Below, piece by piece: positions 1 through 14,322 of a DNA stretch of 64,000 nt. The notes beneath the pieces were generated by a model that saw only the letters and a program-made list of their open reading frames with translations, was not told the origin of the DNA and ran no database searches. The DNA is from the human T2T-CHM13v2.0 reference genome, Homo sapiens. The translations under genes and the position numbers were made by a program. The stretch's first letter is position 1, and each line of letters begins with the position of its first letter. The stretch lies in the NCBI RefSeq assembly GCF_009914755.1, contig NC_060928.1; one strand, 5' to 3'.

Positions 1-1484
1 ATTAATAAAAACAATTCAAAAGGATGAGTAGCTATATGAAAATATAACTAAGTATAGAGAGTGGCAATGATATGAAACACACGATGATACTAGAGTGAAT
101 TTGAACGACTGGAACCAGTAAAGACAGAGTAAGCGTCTCCATGGAGCAGGAGAAGCAGGTGAAAGATGGTGATGGAGGAGGCGAAGGAAGATTTAGCATG
201 AAAAAGTAGGATATTCAGGAAAAAAAACATACTATTTTCAGTACACAGTACTGTCCTGCAAAGTAGGTTTGTTTTACTGAAGCAAAAACTGAGATAACAA
301 ATAAGTATTACAATTTAAGAAATTCAAGAGAACACTACAAACTGTAAAAGATCCTGTCCTCTGAATTCACATCTCATGTATTATCTATTTGTTTCCTACA
401 TCCCAAGAACTGCCTTTTGTCATTACTGTTACTTAACTTTTTGTCACCTTAATTAAATCAAAAGCTTTTGAAAAGTACAAACTGCCTGCTACGTTTTGCC
501 TGATCTTAAAGCACCAAGCACTGGGCTGGGTACCCAGCAGGCATTCAGTAATTATTTGTGAATTTCAGGATTAGTCACAACATCATGCAAAGACGGTCAC
601 TTTTGCTTCTTTACTTAGCTATATTGGAGGCAGTTGCAGTAATGTATTCAGGCAGGTCAGGCCAAGACTCTGGCCAACCATGAAAATGGAAATTAAGGGA
701 AGACTTGAAAAATATGGAGAAAAGCATCAGTAGAATTTAGTAACAGACTGAATAGAATATGACAGAAACTCAGGTGCCATTTTGGAAAATGCCAAAAGCA
801 TCACTGAGGCCAAAAATCACCTAAGCAGGTGCCTTTATGCAATCAGGCATTGCCATGAAAGATCTAGTTATCACAGGAGGCTTTTTCTCTGTCTCCTTCC
901 TGGCTTGCAAATACTGTCAAGCTACATTAGCACCAAAAGCAGTTAGATTGCAATGACCTTTACTAATCCACCACATTTATGTTTGGACTTTTCTCGCAAT
1001 AAATGTAACATTACAATTATTAATGTCAGCGTTTTCTTTGGAAACAGTGGTGAACTCATTAAGAACACTGCCAGGTGTTGCCAACCCCAGGTGTGAACCT
1101 AGTGGTTAGTGAGATGTAAATAACTCTTTATGGAAAATTTGCAGTCTAACGAATTAGCAGTCTCACACAAAGCCAAACTAGTTTCCTGTGATTAGCTTCA
1201 TTACACCACTAGCTGTTTTCCTGTAGGTCAAAGAAAAAAGTAGCAGATGCCCCTCCTTTTAGAATATAAATCAGATTAGCATCTACCTCATTGCTCGCTG
1301 TTTCCAAAGATAGCTGTCAGCCTTGCCATAAAGATGGTAAAAGATCCACACTGAAGTGCATGCATGTCAGGGATCCTGGAACTATTTTGCTTCTTTTCTT
1401 GGAGATGCATGCCCGTTAGTGGTGATGTGTCTTGCTCCACTATGAGGATGTTTGTCATACCCACTGCAGAGTCCATATTACTTG

Positions 1485-1602
1485 CTATTTAAGGTAGTGG
1501 CATCTGCTGGGGGGTGGGGAGAGATGAACAATAGTCAGATCCTTGTTCAACAGCTGCTCAGTGGCCAGCAGCTGTTTTGAGGTTCCTTTCCTGGTTCAGA
1601 TG
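1485..1602 (-). promoter_or_regulatory. Candidate myogenic promoter/enhancer module (4 E-boxes, CACC box, TATA/MEF2-like site)
   Basis: Motifs: CTATTTAAGG 1485-1494 (CCTTAAATAG on minus), CATCTG 1501-1506, GGGGTGGGG 1511-1519, CAGCTG 1551-1556 and 1569-1574, CAGATG 1597-1602. All lie in apparently non-repeat sequence. Function is inferred. Confidence 0.4.
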
Positions 1603-2059
1603 CTGTTTTCCATTTCTCTTCTTATAATCTCTGAAACAAATGTCAACATGATTACCATATGAAAAAAGTAAGCATTTTGGGATCTTAAAGTCCAGATGAG
1701 CAAATCTGGGAGGCTACTTGTGACTGCTTCTTGTTATGACTTGATACAGTCTTTAAACGCATGCAGACAGTCGAAGGGTTTATGTATTCCCATGAATATC
1801 ATAATCACACTAACGACAAAGAAAATGTCTTCGTGTGCGATGACAGCTGTACTAAATGTGTGGCACTCAAGAAACATATTTGATTAATGTAGTTTACACT
1901 TGGTAACTTTTAAAACAGCCATTTTTACCTTTTTTCTTTAGCCTAGATTTTCTGCTAGTTTTTTTTTTGGCACTAAACTGCATATTTTTACTCACTCGAT
2001 GCCCCTTTAACTAATATAGGTATTAACTGTGATGATTTCAATGAAATAGGGTTGTACTG

Positions 2060-2230
2060 TGGAAGTCAGCCACCTCAAAATAAGGGCTTGGACAAGCTAC
2101 ATAACCTCTCGGGGAAAATAGGGGTAATAATTTCAACCTCATAAGGTTGTGGTGAGTAATGAATGAGATTTTATGTAATGATCAATTTATACTAAGTAGA
2201 CTGTGTGTTCATAAATGCTGGTGTCCTACT
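2060..2230 (+). mobile_element. MIR SINE fragment
   Basis: Degenerate MIR core (cttggacaagctacataacctctc...aaaataggggtaataat...cctcataaggttgtggtgag). Boundaries approximate. Confidence 0.65.
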
Positions 2231-2669
2231 GTGTCAGTAAATTAGCATCCAATGTAATACAGTGTAGATTTCAGGTCTTCAGTAAATATACATTGATTTA
2301 AGATAGATTATATTGCTGTTGTTGTTCATTTGTTTTTATCCATCATCTCAAATGTCTTCCTTGCCCAATATTCTCACCTCCACCAACAATACTCACAGAC
2401 AGCACTCTCTCTTAGGAAGAGGGACAAGAGACTGACTCTGAAACACACATGAGTGCCCTGTTGCCATAACATCAGGATGGATCTAGGGCCCTGTGGAACT
2501 GTAGGACAAGGGAGAATGAGGGGAAACCAGAACGCCAGGTTCTACCCAATAGATTCAAGGATGCATTTGTTCGACGTGCATATCATGTATCCTTAGGGAG
2601 TGCTCAGCATTGTGTTAAATGTTATATATAAAAAAGAAGATGTTTCCCTAATCCCAAGGAATATATGGT

Positions 2670-3103
2670 TGTCTTAGTCCATTTTCTGTGGCTTATAACA
2701 GATAACCTGAAATTGGGTATTATAGAAAGAAAGGAAATTTATTTTTTGTAGTTATGGAGGCTAAGAAGTCCAAGGTCAAGGGGCCACATCTGGTGAGCCC
2801 TTTTTAATGGTGGAGACTCTACGAAGTCCTGAAGTGGCTCAGGATGTTGCAGGGTGGAGGGGGCTGAGCATGTCAGCTCCGGTCTCTTTCCTCCTCTTAA
2901 AAAAGCCACCAGTCCCACTCCCATGATACTTCATTAATTTATTAACCCACTGATCCATTAATCCACAAATAGGTTAACCCATTCTTGAGGGCAGAGCCCC
3001 AATGACTCACTCACCTCTTAAACACTCCGCGCCTCAATACTGCCACGTTGGGGATTAAGTTTCAACCTGAGTTTTGGAGGGGACAGATATTCAAACCATA
3101 GCA
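2670..3103 (-). mobile_element. MSTD-type solo LTR (ERVL-MaLR)
   Basis: Runs tgtcttagtccatttt...gagggcagagccc...tcaaaccatagca, matching the recalled MSTD consensus in antisense with TG...CA ends. Confidence 0.85.
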
Positions 3104-3129
3104 ATTATGTAATGTAGGAATAAGAAACA

Positions 3130-3350
3130 TTGTGTGGTGTCATGGAAAGAGGCCTGCATGAGGAGTGAGAGAACCTGGATTTCAATCTTAGCCCAACATT
3201 TCTAGATAGATTGTGAAATTAGGGAATGTCTCTGTTTTTTAAGGTTCAGTCTCATCTGTGTAACGTGAACATAATAATAATAACAGCCCCTTTAACTTTA
3301 TGATATTGCAAATACCAATTTAGTAAATATAGGAGGAGATTCTCTGTAAA
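3130..3350 (+). mobile_element. MIR SINE
   Basis: tgtggtgtcatggaaagag...gaacctggatttcaatc...cagtctcatctgtgtaac...ataataata. Boundaries approximate. Confidence 0.6.
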
Positions 3351-4555
3351 CTAAGCAAGCATTTTGACTAGATTCAGCCACACAAAGGCAGAGACTATGA
3401 TTTTGTTTTATCACTTTATACTCATGTCTCAGGCCAGTGCAATTAGTAAACCTTCAACAAACATTCACTGGATGAATCGTTAAATGAAAGAGCTAGAATC
3501 ATTGGACACACAGTTATGGAGTTAAACTTATCACATGGATAGATCATTTATAGTATTCTGTCCTACAGATATAAACGGAAATTCAGCGAAAAATGAAAAA
3601 TTGCAGGTTTAAGTGAGTCTTGGAAAAACTCACTGAGTCATCTTAAGCTGGTTCTGGAAAAAAGTACTGTAATTTTTTTAAGTGTATAAAATTGCTGAAT
3701 AAAGTTTCTTATGTGCCATTGTTCATTCATTTAATCCTCATAACAACTAGCTAAGAGAGGTGCTGTGATTAGACCATTGTATATAAAAGTAAATAAAGGC
3801 ATAGGAAGGTTAAGCACCTTGCCTTCCGTAATGTAGCTAGGTGGCTGTAGCCATATGGTACCATCTTTATTTATAACAATGTGCCTCTCTGCCTGTCTGT
3901 ACCTGATAGATTGTTGTACTTCATGGCATGTGGGGTAGAGGCAAAGTAGCATGAGGAATACAAATAATATAATAATTTTAAAAACATTGTCAAAGAAAGC
4001 AAGGAAAATGGTAGTGTCATTGAGAGAAAACAGTAATTGGGATTTAATTAGTGAGTAAACTTTTCAACACAAAATAGAAGCTCTTCATGTTCTACTTCCA
4101 GTCTAGTTTTGTACCTTCATCTTGAACCCCTCTTCCATATACCCATGATTTATCCATAACTGTGTTGTTTTCTAAGCTATATTAGCTCTCTGTCACCTTC
4201 TTTTCTCCACGCTTACTGTTGCTTCTGCAACCTACCCCCGACCCATCTCCACCCTCACACACCTTCCCCCAGACATACCTCAAATGCCACTTCTTCTGTG
4301 AAGGTCTGTCTCCCACACAATTGGGCGATTTCTTTTCCATGTTTCTGTAGTACTTTTTGAGAACTCTACTTTGTCGATCATCCCATGTTGCCTAACAACC
4401 ACAGTTGTCTTTGAAATCTTTATATTGTTGAAAAAATAGTTAACCTTGACAAAAGAGAGGGTGCAATCTTTACCGTAGAGAACGAAGGTGTTCTGTCTCC
4501 CGATTTGGCTTTTGAGACTTTCTACAATAATGGAGATTGAAAAATCTTAGAGAAT

Positions 4556-5062
<507 letters not shown>

Positions 5063-7792
5063 TAAAATGATAGTATTTGTTGATCACTTGCAGTGTAATG
5101 AGCAGAAGCTGAGCACTTCACATAGAAAACTCATATTTAATATTGTTTTTGCTAAAAGTACCTGAAGAAAACAAGTAACTTGTCAAAAATCATATAGTAA
5201 GAAAAGCATGGAACCAAGATTCAAACTCAGCCTAGTCCCCAAACTGAAGCTTGTTATTCCTTCTCTATAGGGCTCCTGACTCTACTTCCTTTACAATAAC
5301 TGGGAAAAGGGAAATATTCTTAGTGCGAAATTCTAATCAGTATCAGCATGCAGAAAAGGATCTGTGTTTAACTCATCTGATTGGTTCTTGGGGCGGAGGG
5401 AACAGAGTAAAGCTGGTGATAGGGGAAAGGAAGCCCTAAAGCAGAAAGCAAGAGAGGGCAAGAAAACAAGTTCACAAATGGAGGGAGAACGTGGGCAGGA
5501 GAAAATAGACGGATCCTTCCCATCCTGCTCTGCCAAACTCTGGAAATACTACTAGAGTAGAAATATGATTTCCATTATGTGCAGTCAACAGAGAGGAACA
5601 TATGAGTGGTTTGTGAGTAGTCTATGAATACTTGTTTTTAGCATTTGACTCACATCACCTTAAGAGAGAAGCTAAAGATACGTATTGTTTGCAACAAATA
5701 TTCAGATTGCATTATCTGTACTTTAAGCATCACAAGCAAAATACGTCTCTATTTAGGGCCTATCTTACCCTAGTCTAATAAATAAGGATCACTGGAGGCA
5801 ATACAGTTAGATGAAGAGTTTAGCAATACCTCAAGCCTTTGCTTTTCTAATCCCTGGGTGGAAAAGTCATTGATAAATTCAGAAGCTTTTTGTTGTTTTT
5901 CTCAGATCAAAGGTAACATTGAACCATAGGCGTATTGTACTTGGTAATTGAAGAGCTAGGGAATGGAGGCAGAAAATCAGTTTGGATACCATGGCAGTTT
6001 ATTCACGGTACAGCCGCAGGTTAATCTGTGAGACTAAGATGCAAGTATTTAATCAAGAGAGTGTGGACGTTTCTCTTCACATGAATATGTAGCAACACAC
6101 AGGAATTTATACCTGAAAGGACAATTTAGTGAAATTCCATACTTCCCTTGCCATAAAAGACAGAGACCATTTCTGAATTACCTTCTCAGGGGTGACACCT
6201 GTGCTTTTGAGGTTTATGTTCCTCACACAAACTTGTATATAAGTGACAGCAATGGTCTTGCATAAATCAATTAGTTTAAAGCTATTTTTCTTTAAACTAT
6301 TTTAGAAATGCCCTCATAAATCTTCCCCTTCCCTATTTAGTAGAAAGGAACAGTACAGTCAGAAAAAAAAAAAATAGTCCTGTTAGTTCAAGTAGCAGGG
6401 TCAGCAAATACCAGGTCATAATGGATTTTTTTAAACATCTTTAGGATGCTACCCATTGCTCACCCTTTGCTTCAGTAGTGGAGAAATATGGCAATTATTA
6501 GCCAAACAGACAGGGTCCCAGGGCTCTAAATGCAGAGAGACTATAATTTTCCAAGCATTAGAGCCCATATCCTGTTGTCCTCAGTACTTCGAGGTCACCA
6601 GCACTTTACTCCGGTATTTACATTTCATTCTTTGCTACAAGGGAACCTGAGACCTTTAATGGATTCCCTCATATGCCCATTTAGTATTTTGCTGTGTCCC
6701 TTCCTTGCCTCTCCCAGGGTCCACCCAGGGGAATTAGAATTATCTGCCTGAGAGTAATGGGTAGCGGGGGCACCGGATGAAGACTGATTTGGATTCAGTG
6801 AAAAAGAATTGGGGTTTTAGTGATGGCATTCATATTTATCCTCTAGTCAAAAGCTGCAAAGATTGAGGGAAAGTTATTTAAGGAGGTGATGCATTTTATG
6901 TTTATTATTAAAGAAGCTTTTATTGCACTTCTATTTATAATGGTTGTTTGCCAGATGAAGCAAGTTTAATTATATAAATCATTTAAAAATAATCATAAAA
7001 GGCAGTATATATCAAAATGAGCAATTTGATTAGGTTTCATTTATTTGCAAGATAATCATATTAAAATAGCAATTTATATAATCTTTAAACATTCTTGCAA
7101 TATAATAATTACTCTACCGTCTATCCAATTAATATTGTAAATTATTTTATTTGAAATAAGATGGAACATTAACAAGAAACAAGTAAATAATGCCTCATCT
7201 GCCAAACTGTTATTTAACATTTTTAAAGCAAATTGTGTAAGACTTCCAAGAGCCTTCTTCTACTATGTGAATAAGCTCATATATAAAAGTAAGATGTTTG
7301 CTCAAAATGTTGTCTTTGTTTCCCTCAGTCCCTGGGATATTCTTTATGGCATAATTGCTGCAGTGAATATTTTTTCATAAACAGTATATGATGTATTCTA
7401 TAGCGTAGAGATGGAATTTGTGTTTAAATATGCACAAAGATAGACTAGTATGTAATGTTTGTTTCCAATTTGTTCTTTTTCAGCACAGCAGGACACTAAT
7501 AATAGGGCAGGGAAAGGATACAATGACTTCTCAAGGTAGCTTGGAACTCTTGTTTTCTACTTACTGTAATCTGAAGTGTCAAGTCAACTGAAACACACAG
7601 GAGTCATTTTGAAATGAACAGAACAAGTCCATTCCAAGCATTCATATATTTGAAAATTTTAATGTAGGACAGTAAGACAATTTATATTTTGTCTTTTGGC
7701 AAATCCTTACTATACTTGAGTTTGTTTTTCTATCGATGGTGTTTAGTATAGCAATGGAGTCCTTGGGGCTTGCTCGAACCTTCTTTTTTACC

Positions 7793-7926
7793 TTTTTTTT
7801 TTTTTTTTTTTTAAAGATGGGGCTCTCAGTCTATTGCCTAGGCTAGTTTGAAAATCCTGGGCTCAAGGGATCCTCCCAACTCAGCCTTCTGGTATTACAG
7901 AAGCGATTACACCACACACCTGGTCC
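7793..7926 (-). mobile_element. Alu monomer (FLAM-like)
   Basis: T-tract followed by a single antisense Alu arm (cctgggctcaagggatcctcccaactcagcc...cctggtcc). Confidence 0.85.
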
Positions 7927-9719
7927 AATTATTATTATTTTAAGATGAGTCCATTGTATGACCTAGGACAAGAAAAGAAATTTTCTTACTACATTGATTC
8001 ATTTATTACAGCAGGGACAGTACTGAAGACACAATGGCCTCCTGGATTGTACATTCCAGTGAAGGGGGATGGAAAATAAATACATATATGAATATTAAAG
8101 TAAGATCATTAGGAGTGGACATTGGTGCCTTCAGGGAAATAAACTTGATGCTATTAGAGAGAATCGAAAGGCTGAGTCTATTTTAGGCTGTGTGTTTCAG
8201 GAAGGTATCAATTGGGAACATACAAGCGCAGAGAAATCCAAAACACATGATAATATCTGAGGAGTTTGCTGCAAGATTGTTGTGAGGTTATAGTTGTAGA
8301 AGGGCATTACAAAATCAAAAATGAAATATAAATGTACAATGTTGTGAATAAATAAGAGAGAGTAGAAGGAGGGTGTTTCCTCCCCATTGCTTGGAGGATT
8401 GCCGCATGCATATAACCAATGCTAGTCTACTGCTAGGATAGGAAAGGGGATAGAACAGGATTCAGGAAGTGACTTTAAACCCAACAACTTTGTTCGGTAA
8501 TGTAATTTTGCACTATATGATACCACCTAAGGCCAGGCTCTGTTATTCTAGTTTATGAAATCATTTGGTTTAATGTTCCTTTTTAATATACTAAAATCCA
8601 TTATAATATACACACATGCAATTTTTCATATTCCTGAATTTTATTGTAGGGTTATTTAAGTTTTTAAAGATTTAATAAACACTAATATAGAAAGCCAAGC
8701 AGAAGCACAAAAACATTTTCCTCTAACAGCAGGACCCATTTAATTTAATCTTGGAAAACATGATTTATCCGTTAAGAGGGATACTATTAGAAAAAAATGA
8801 AAAATATTGTTCATGGCCATATATCATTGTAAAATAGCATATTCCAGTATTTTAAAACACTAAATGTGATCCAAATCAAAGTCAGCTTTTTCCCTTTCGT
8901 TGACAATATGGAGCATATGTTGGGATTATGAGCCATAATTAAGCAGTAAGAGACAACAGTGTGTGTGTGCTGTGTTGGGAATGTGCCATGTGCTGGGTGT
9001 GTAAGATATGAGGCCAGGAACAGAGATGCCCACAGCCACCATGGTGGTGGCAAAATTCCAACCCAACATACAAGCATATGCCTTGCAGCATGCTTTCACC
9101 CTATTAACATGCCCTTGTTATGAACACTCTACTTTATATTCTTTTACTTACTATGCATTATAGTATGAGAACGTTTCAAATCTTTCTCCTTTTGGCCAAA
9201 TCAGAAAAATGCAAATTCCACATTGGGGACTTTTCTTTTCCTAGATGTTTTCAAGGGTTTGCTTTACATTATTTCCTATAGTTTAAAGGTATGCTTCCAT
9301 CTGGAATGTAGCTTCTCTACTAAATGCCAGAGTGGGCAACTGGAAACAGAGGTGATTTAAACCCAACAGCGAAACGCTAACTCAGAGTTAAACCTTGAAC
9401 ACTCCAGCGCAATAGAAAGCTGAAGTCATTTGTTTGGCTTCTCCAATTTCAGGAAATAGACTGGACCCTCTGAAGTTCTTAAATAAGACAAAAATAAATC
9501 TTATTCCAAGGAACTCTTGAGCTTTTAAAAATGGTGCGTAACGTCAGACAACACAATAAATTTCAAATTTACTATTTTCTTATTACATATAAAAATACAT
9601 TTTGAGAAACAGATGAAAATGATTTGCCTTTTATTTAATTAACCTGGTTTTGAGTCAGAAAATGGCATAAGCAAATTGTTTGTCTTCCAACTAACTTCTT
9701 TAAAGATGCACTGTTGCAA

Positions 9720-10002
<283 letters not shown>

Positions 10003-10616
10003 GTGCACTGTTGCAAGGGAGGCCTTGAGGAAGAGATTTTTTTGAGGTGAGAAAGCAAAGAAACATCCCTTAGTTGCAAGGCACTATTACTCTGATGGAG
10101 TAGACATGTGCCTTTCCAATACTTAAATTCTGACCAAGAAAGACAGTAGGTCAAATAGAGTACACACACTTTGTAATAACACTAGATCTAGCCTAGGTTA
10201 CAGAATCTTTTTATTAGGTATTTTCATTATATTGGGAAAGCCCAATTAAATAAAACAATATTTGTGGTCATATAAAGTCATAAAAATGTCAATACCTATT
10301 GAAATAGAATGAATAATAGTATTGATATGACCTAGCCTGAGAAAAATGAAAGAGTTATAATCTTCTTGTAAAATGTGTTGAATTTGGGAAATCTGTTATA
10401 AAAAGACAGAGATAGAGACAAGAAATAAAGGGCAATATCAAGCTATATTCCAGATCTATATTCCAGTATTGAATTTTCCAGAATATTTTCACTGTTTTTG
10501 TAATAAAGTTCTTAAAATGCTCCTATAATTAAAAATTTGAAGGCTTAATTTGAATTTAAAAATATAATGCATGTAACCTACTTACAACATACAAAATTTG
10601 CACAGATATAAAATAA

Positions 10617-10949
<333 letters not shown>

Positions 10950-11256
10950 GCAGGGAACAATTTATATCAGGAAGTTTAACATTTGGATAAATAAGTTGGA
11001 TTAGAAAACTTATAGGAGATTGAAATACAAGAAGGCAGTAGGTGAGATGTCATAATAAACAAAGACAGGAATTCAAAGGAGGCAAATACTATGCCCTCTC
11101 AGAGAAGTGAGGAGCGGCTCTTTGGAGAGGGTAAAATTTAAGGTGATATTTCAAATGTGGATGGGCTTAAGGAAGTAGAGAAGAATAAATTTGGGCAGAG
11201 CGATCAGAAAACATTTGGTGGGGAAAGGAGTGGCCCTCGCAGGGGTGGGTGCTTAC

Positions 11257-11271
11257 CAGATCCAGGTTGCC
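11257..11271 (-). other. Candidate 15-nt microexon or end of a first exon (GGCAACCTGGATCTG)
   Basis: On the minus strand: pyrimidine-rich tract...ttccag|GGCAACCTGGATCTG|gtaagc. Confidence 0.3.
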
Positions 11272-12295
11272 CTGGAAGTGGGTGCCGGGAAGGTTGGAAG
11301 AGTAGAGAAGAAAGGGGTCTTGTCATCCTTGCTTCTGATCACCTAATTTTCAAACAGAAAGTCTAGTGCCCCTAGAGTTGGTGGGTGGTTCAAATATACA
11401 GTTAGAATGAGTCTAACCCTGAATTTGCCGATTTCACAGGCCACTGCTATTTTTCGTGTTGTGAACTGATTTGAAAAGTCGATTACCGAAGTATGCTCTT
11501 CTAGTAGCAGTGGAAAGCCTAGAAGGGTCCTGCCGGAGCAGGGATGATAGAGCCACTTAAGGAAGATTCTTCCAAAAGTGGTGCCTAGGAAGGACTGAGC
11601 ACTTCTGTCAGGTTATGTCCAAAAAACAATTATATTCATGGAGATAGAAACATAGTGGATGAGTAAAGAAGTATTTTGGGGGTACACTTTTACGTGGAAC
11701 ATGAAGTAGTGGAAAGAAATTCCTAGACCCAAGGAATGAATAATACAGTTCAAAAGAGAATCTTAATGTTTTCCCTGCTTGGAGAAAACCTCCCCACACA
11801 TCTGTACTTTGTCTCCTTCTCTCTCAAATGTAGATCACAGGCTTGAGAAAAATTAAATATGCATCAAAAGACATAAATCAATCACCAGAGAGAAATGAGG
11901 AAATAGAGAAATAAGAAGGTATTTTTACTCTTAGCTATCCTTACTTGTGATTTTAAACTAAAACAAAATAAAAACTAGTCATTCGTAGAGGGAGTAAAAT
12001 AGTTAACACTGATGAATACTTGTAAAGCCAAATGAAAGTCCAGATCATCAGAATTTGACCTTGAAGGAAATTAATTCACTACTTCTGGCATATGAGGAGA
12101 TCATCAGCTTCCTGGAAAGGGTTCTTTTGGAGAAATCCAGCTTCTGACTGTAGCAGCCACATCACAATTGTCTTAAATAACAGGGCAGATGGATAAAGAT
12201 GCACCATAGAAATTCTTCTTTGGGTTAGAGCCTACATTGCCAGGTGCCTTTCCTTCTCTCACGTGGCCCTGGGTGCTGGTTACCTTGTTCCTCAC

Positions 12296-12515
12296 CTCCC
12301 ACAGAATGGCTTCAGCCAGCGCAACAGCGGTGCACACGACCAGTATGCAGAACTCACTTTGCTTTTTTGCTGGTACTGAGGGTGCCACTGAAGGGGATTC
12401 CTGGATGGAGACTCCACAGGAGGAGATATAGATCGTTTATGGGAAGGGAGGGACAAGAAACTGAGCAAATAATTAAGGAAAGATATGGAGGTGAAAGTAA
12501 GTTCCTGTGAATACG
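12296..12515 (-). other. Candidate 220-nt exon of an unidentified transcript
   Basis: Acceptor ctgatctctcctttctttcag| at 12515. Donors GAG|GTGAGG at 12296 and AAG|GTAACC at 12284. One frame is open throughout. Confidence 0.35.
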
Positions 12516-13139
12516 CTGAAAGAAAGGAGAGATCAGTTTTTGCAAGAGTTACTGGTAGCAGACAAGTAAGAAGCAGGTCTATAGTCATTGAAATGTCGTT
12601 CCTGTACCACATTTGCTTTTATTCCACTACTGCAGGTTGGGAAATAAAATTTCCCCTGGAAAACAAGGGGAAATTGCGTGTTCTTTACTCAGCATAATTG
12701 AGGCTGAAAATTTCAACACTGCTTAGATGGAAAATGCCACAGAAAACACAATGCTGGTCTAGATCAAGTACCAGATGTGAAGCATTTACTAAGCAAAATA
12801 TACCTTTCAAATATACTTACTTAAAAATATAAACAGTGAGATAGAAACAGTTCATAACATTTCTTTATTTTTTAACATTATTTCTGATTTTTCTAAGTTT
12901 TGCACAGGCATTTGGAGCCTATTACTTATACTCTTACATGTGAATTTATTTGAAGATAATTTAAAGTTATGTATTTTAGAGCTGTCAGGATTTAGGAATA
13001 TTTTTGTGATGCATAGGGCATTCCATATAATTGTTTGTTAACACTAGACCTCAAGTTGCACAAAGTCAGCTGGAGGAAAACTTAAGAGAAGACCTGGCTT
13101 AGACAGTGAGAAGGGTGTTCAAATAACATAGTAATGATG

Positions 13140-13395
13140 GTAATAGCCAATGTTTATTAGTAGTTACCAGGTACCTGGCATTCTACTGATGCTTTTCACG
13201 CATCATTCAACTGTGCCTAGCCTCGTATTTAAGGTTGCATATTTATCTGCTAAATCTGGCCACGCTCCTCTTATTAACAATAAGAAAAGTGAAGTTAAAG
13301 ATCTCTCCCAAAGTCATAGAGCTGTTAAGAAGTAGTTGGAATTTGGAACCAACATCTTTTGTACTTCAGAGCCTATCTTTTAAATGCTACACTAT
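13140..13395 (-). mobile_element. MIR SINE
   Basis: Antisense MIR (aatgtttattag...ccaggtacctggca...ccaaagtcatagagc...gaatttggaacc...ctacactata). Confidence 0.65.
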
Positions 13396-13781
13396 AATTT
13401 AGCAGGCTCTAATGAAACAATGCAAAAGTTCAATTTGCAGAAAGACTTAATGACAAAAATGATGGGCAGAATTTGTCTCATTGACAATGACAGTTGAATA
13501 CTTTAAGAATGAAGAAAAATGTAGTTTAGTTTTCTTTGAATTTAGATTTGACATATTTATTGTTTCTTTGTAGAAGGATGAGTTTCGCTTCAACTTGATT
13601 TGAATAGACACTGAATAAGCACAGCTGCTTTATTTTAACTTTGACACAGACAGGAATGCATGGAAAGTTTCATATGGGAATGAGTAGAAACTCGTTTGAG
13701 AGAAACTGAGCAATAGGACTGGAGTTCTACTATTATGGAAAAAAATAACATTCTTACCATAAGCCACACTAGATTGAACAC

Positions 13782-13881
13782 TATATATAAAAATATATAT
13801 ATGTATATATATTTTTATATATATTTATTTATATATTTATTTATATATATATTTATTTATATACATATTTATATATATATA
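13782..13881. repeat. (TA)n/AT-rich low-complexity tract
   Basis: About 100 bp of imperfect TATA/TATT repeats. Confidence 0.9.
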
Positions 13882-13884
13882 TTA

Positions 13885-14175
13885 GGCTCCTGCCCTTGCA
13901 CAGAAACTAGGAGATAGGGATGCAATCTTCCTTAAATACATTTCAAAAAGATGATTCCCTGGTAGCTGAGAAAGGTATTCCTGGATCTTAAACCTGGAAT
14001 AAGGCTCACCTAGCTAGAAAGGATTTCCATATATTTTAACAAGACAGAAAACAAATTTACAATTACATGTTTTCCTAAGTGAATGTTCTACAAAAAGATG
14101 AAGGCAGGGGTTAGGAGGTAGTCTCTTCTCTTATTTTCAACAGGATGACTTATTTTTAATATATATTTGCACTTA
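13885..14175 (-). mobile_element. ERV1 (MER4-group) LTR fragment, MER93/MER39-like
   Basis: aaaggatttccatatattttaacaagacagaaaacaaatttacaattacatgttttcctaagtgaatg...ttttcaacagg...atttgcactta resembles recalled MER39/MER93-group LTRs. Confidence 0.5.
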
Positions 14176-14320
14176 TTTTAATATATGTTTGCTCTTATCC
14201 TTACCAAATATGGAAAGTTTCTGGAATAGTTGACTGAGATATTATAAATACTGTAAGATGTCTTTGCTATTATGGTATTATTATCATCATTACCATTGAA
14301 TATAATGATTGTATAATCAG

Positions 14321-14322
<2 letters not shown>

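Noticed and set aside
1288-1476. 62-aa ORF as a known muscle micropeptide (myoregulin, DWORF, sarcolipin)
   Set aside because: The peptide matches none of these as I recall them and has no clear transmembrane helix, so no gene symbol is assigned.
14204-14213. Perfect CArG box CCAAATATGG
   Set aside because: It is an isolated motif, and several are expected by chance in 64 kb of AT-rich DNA.
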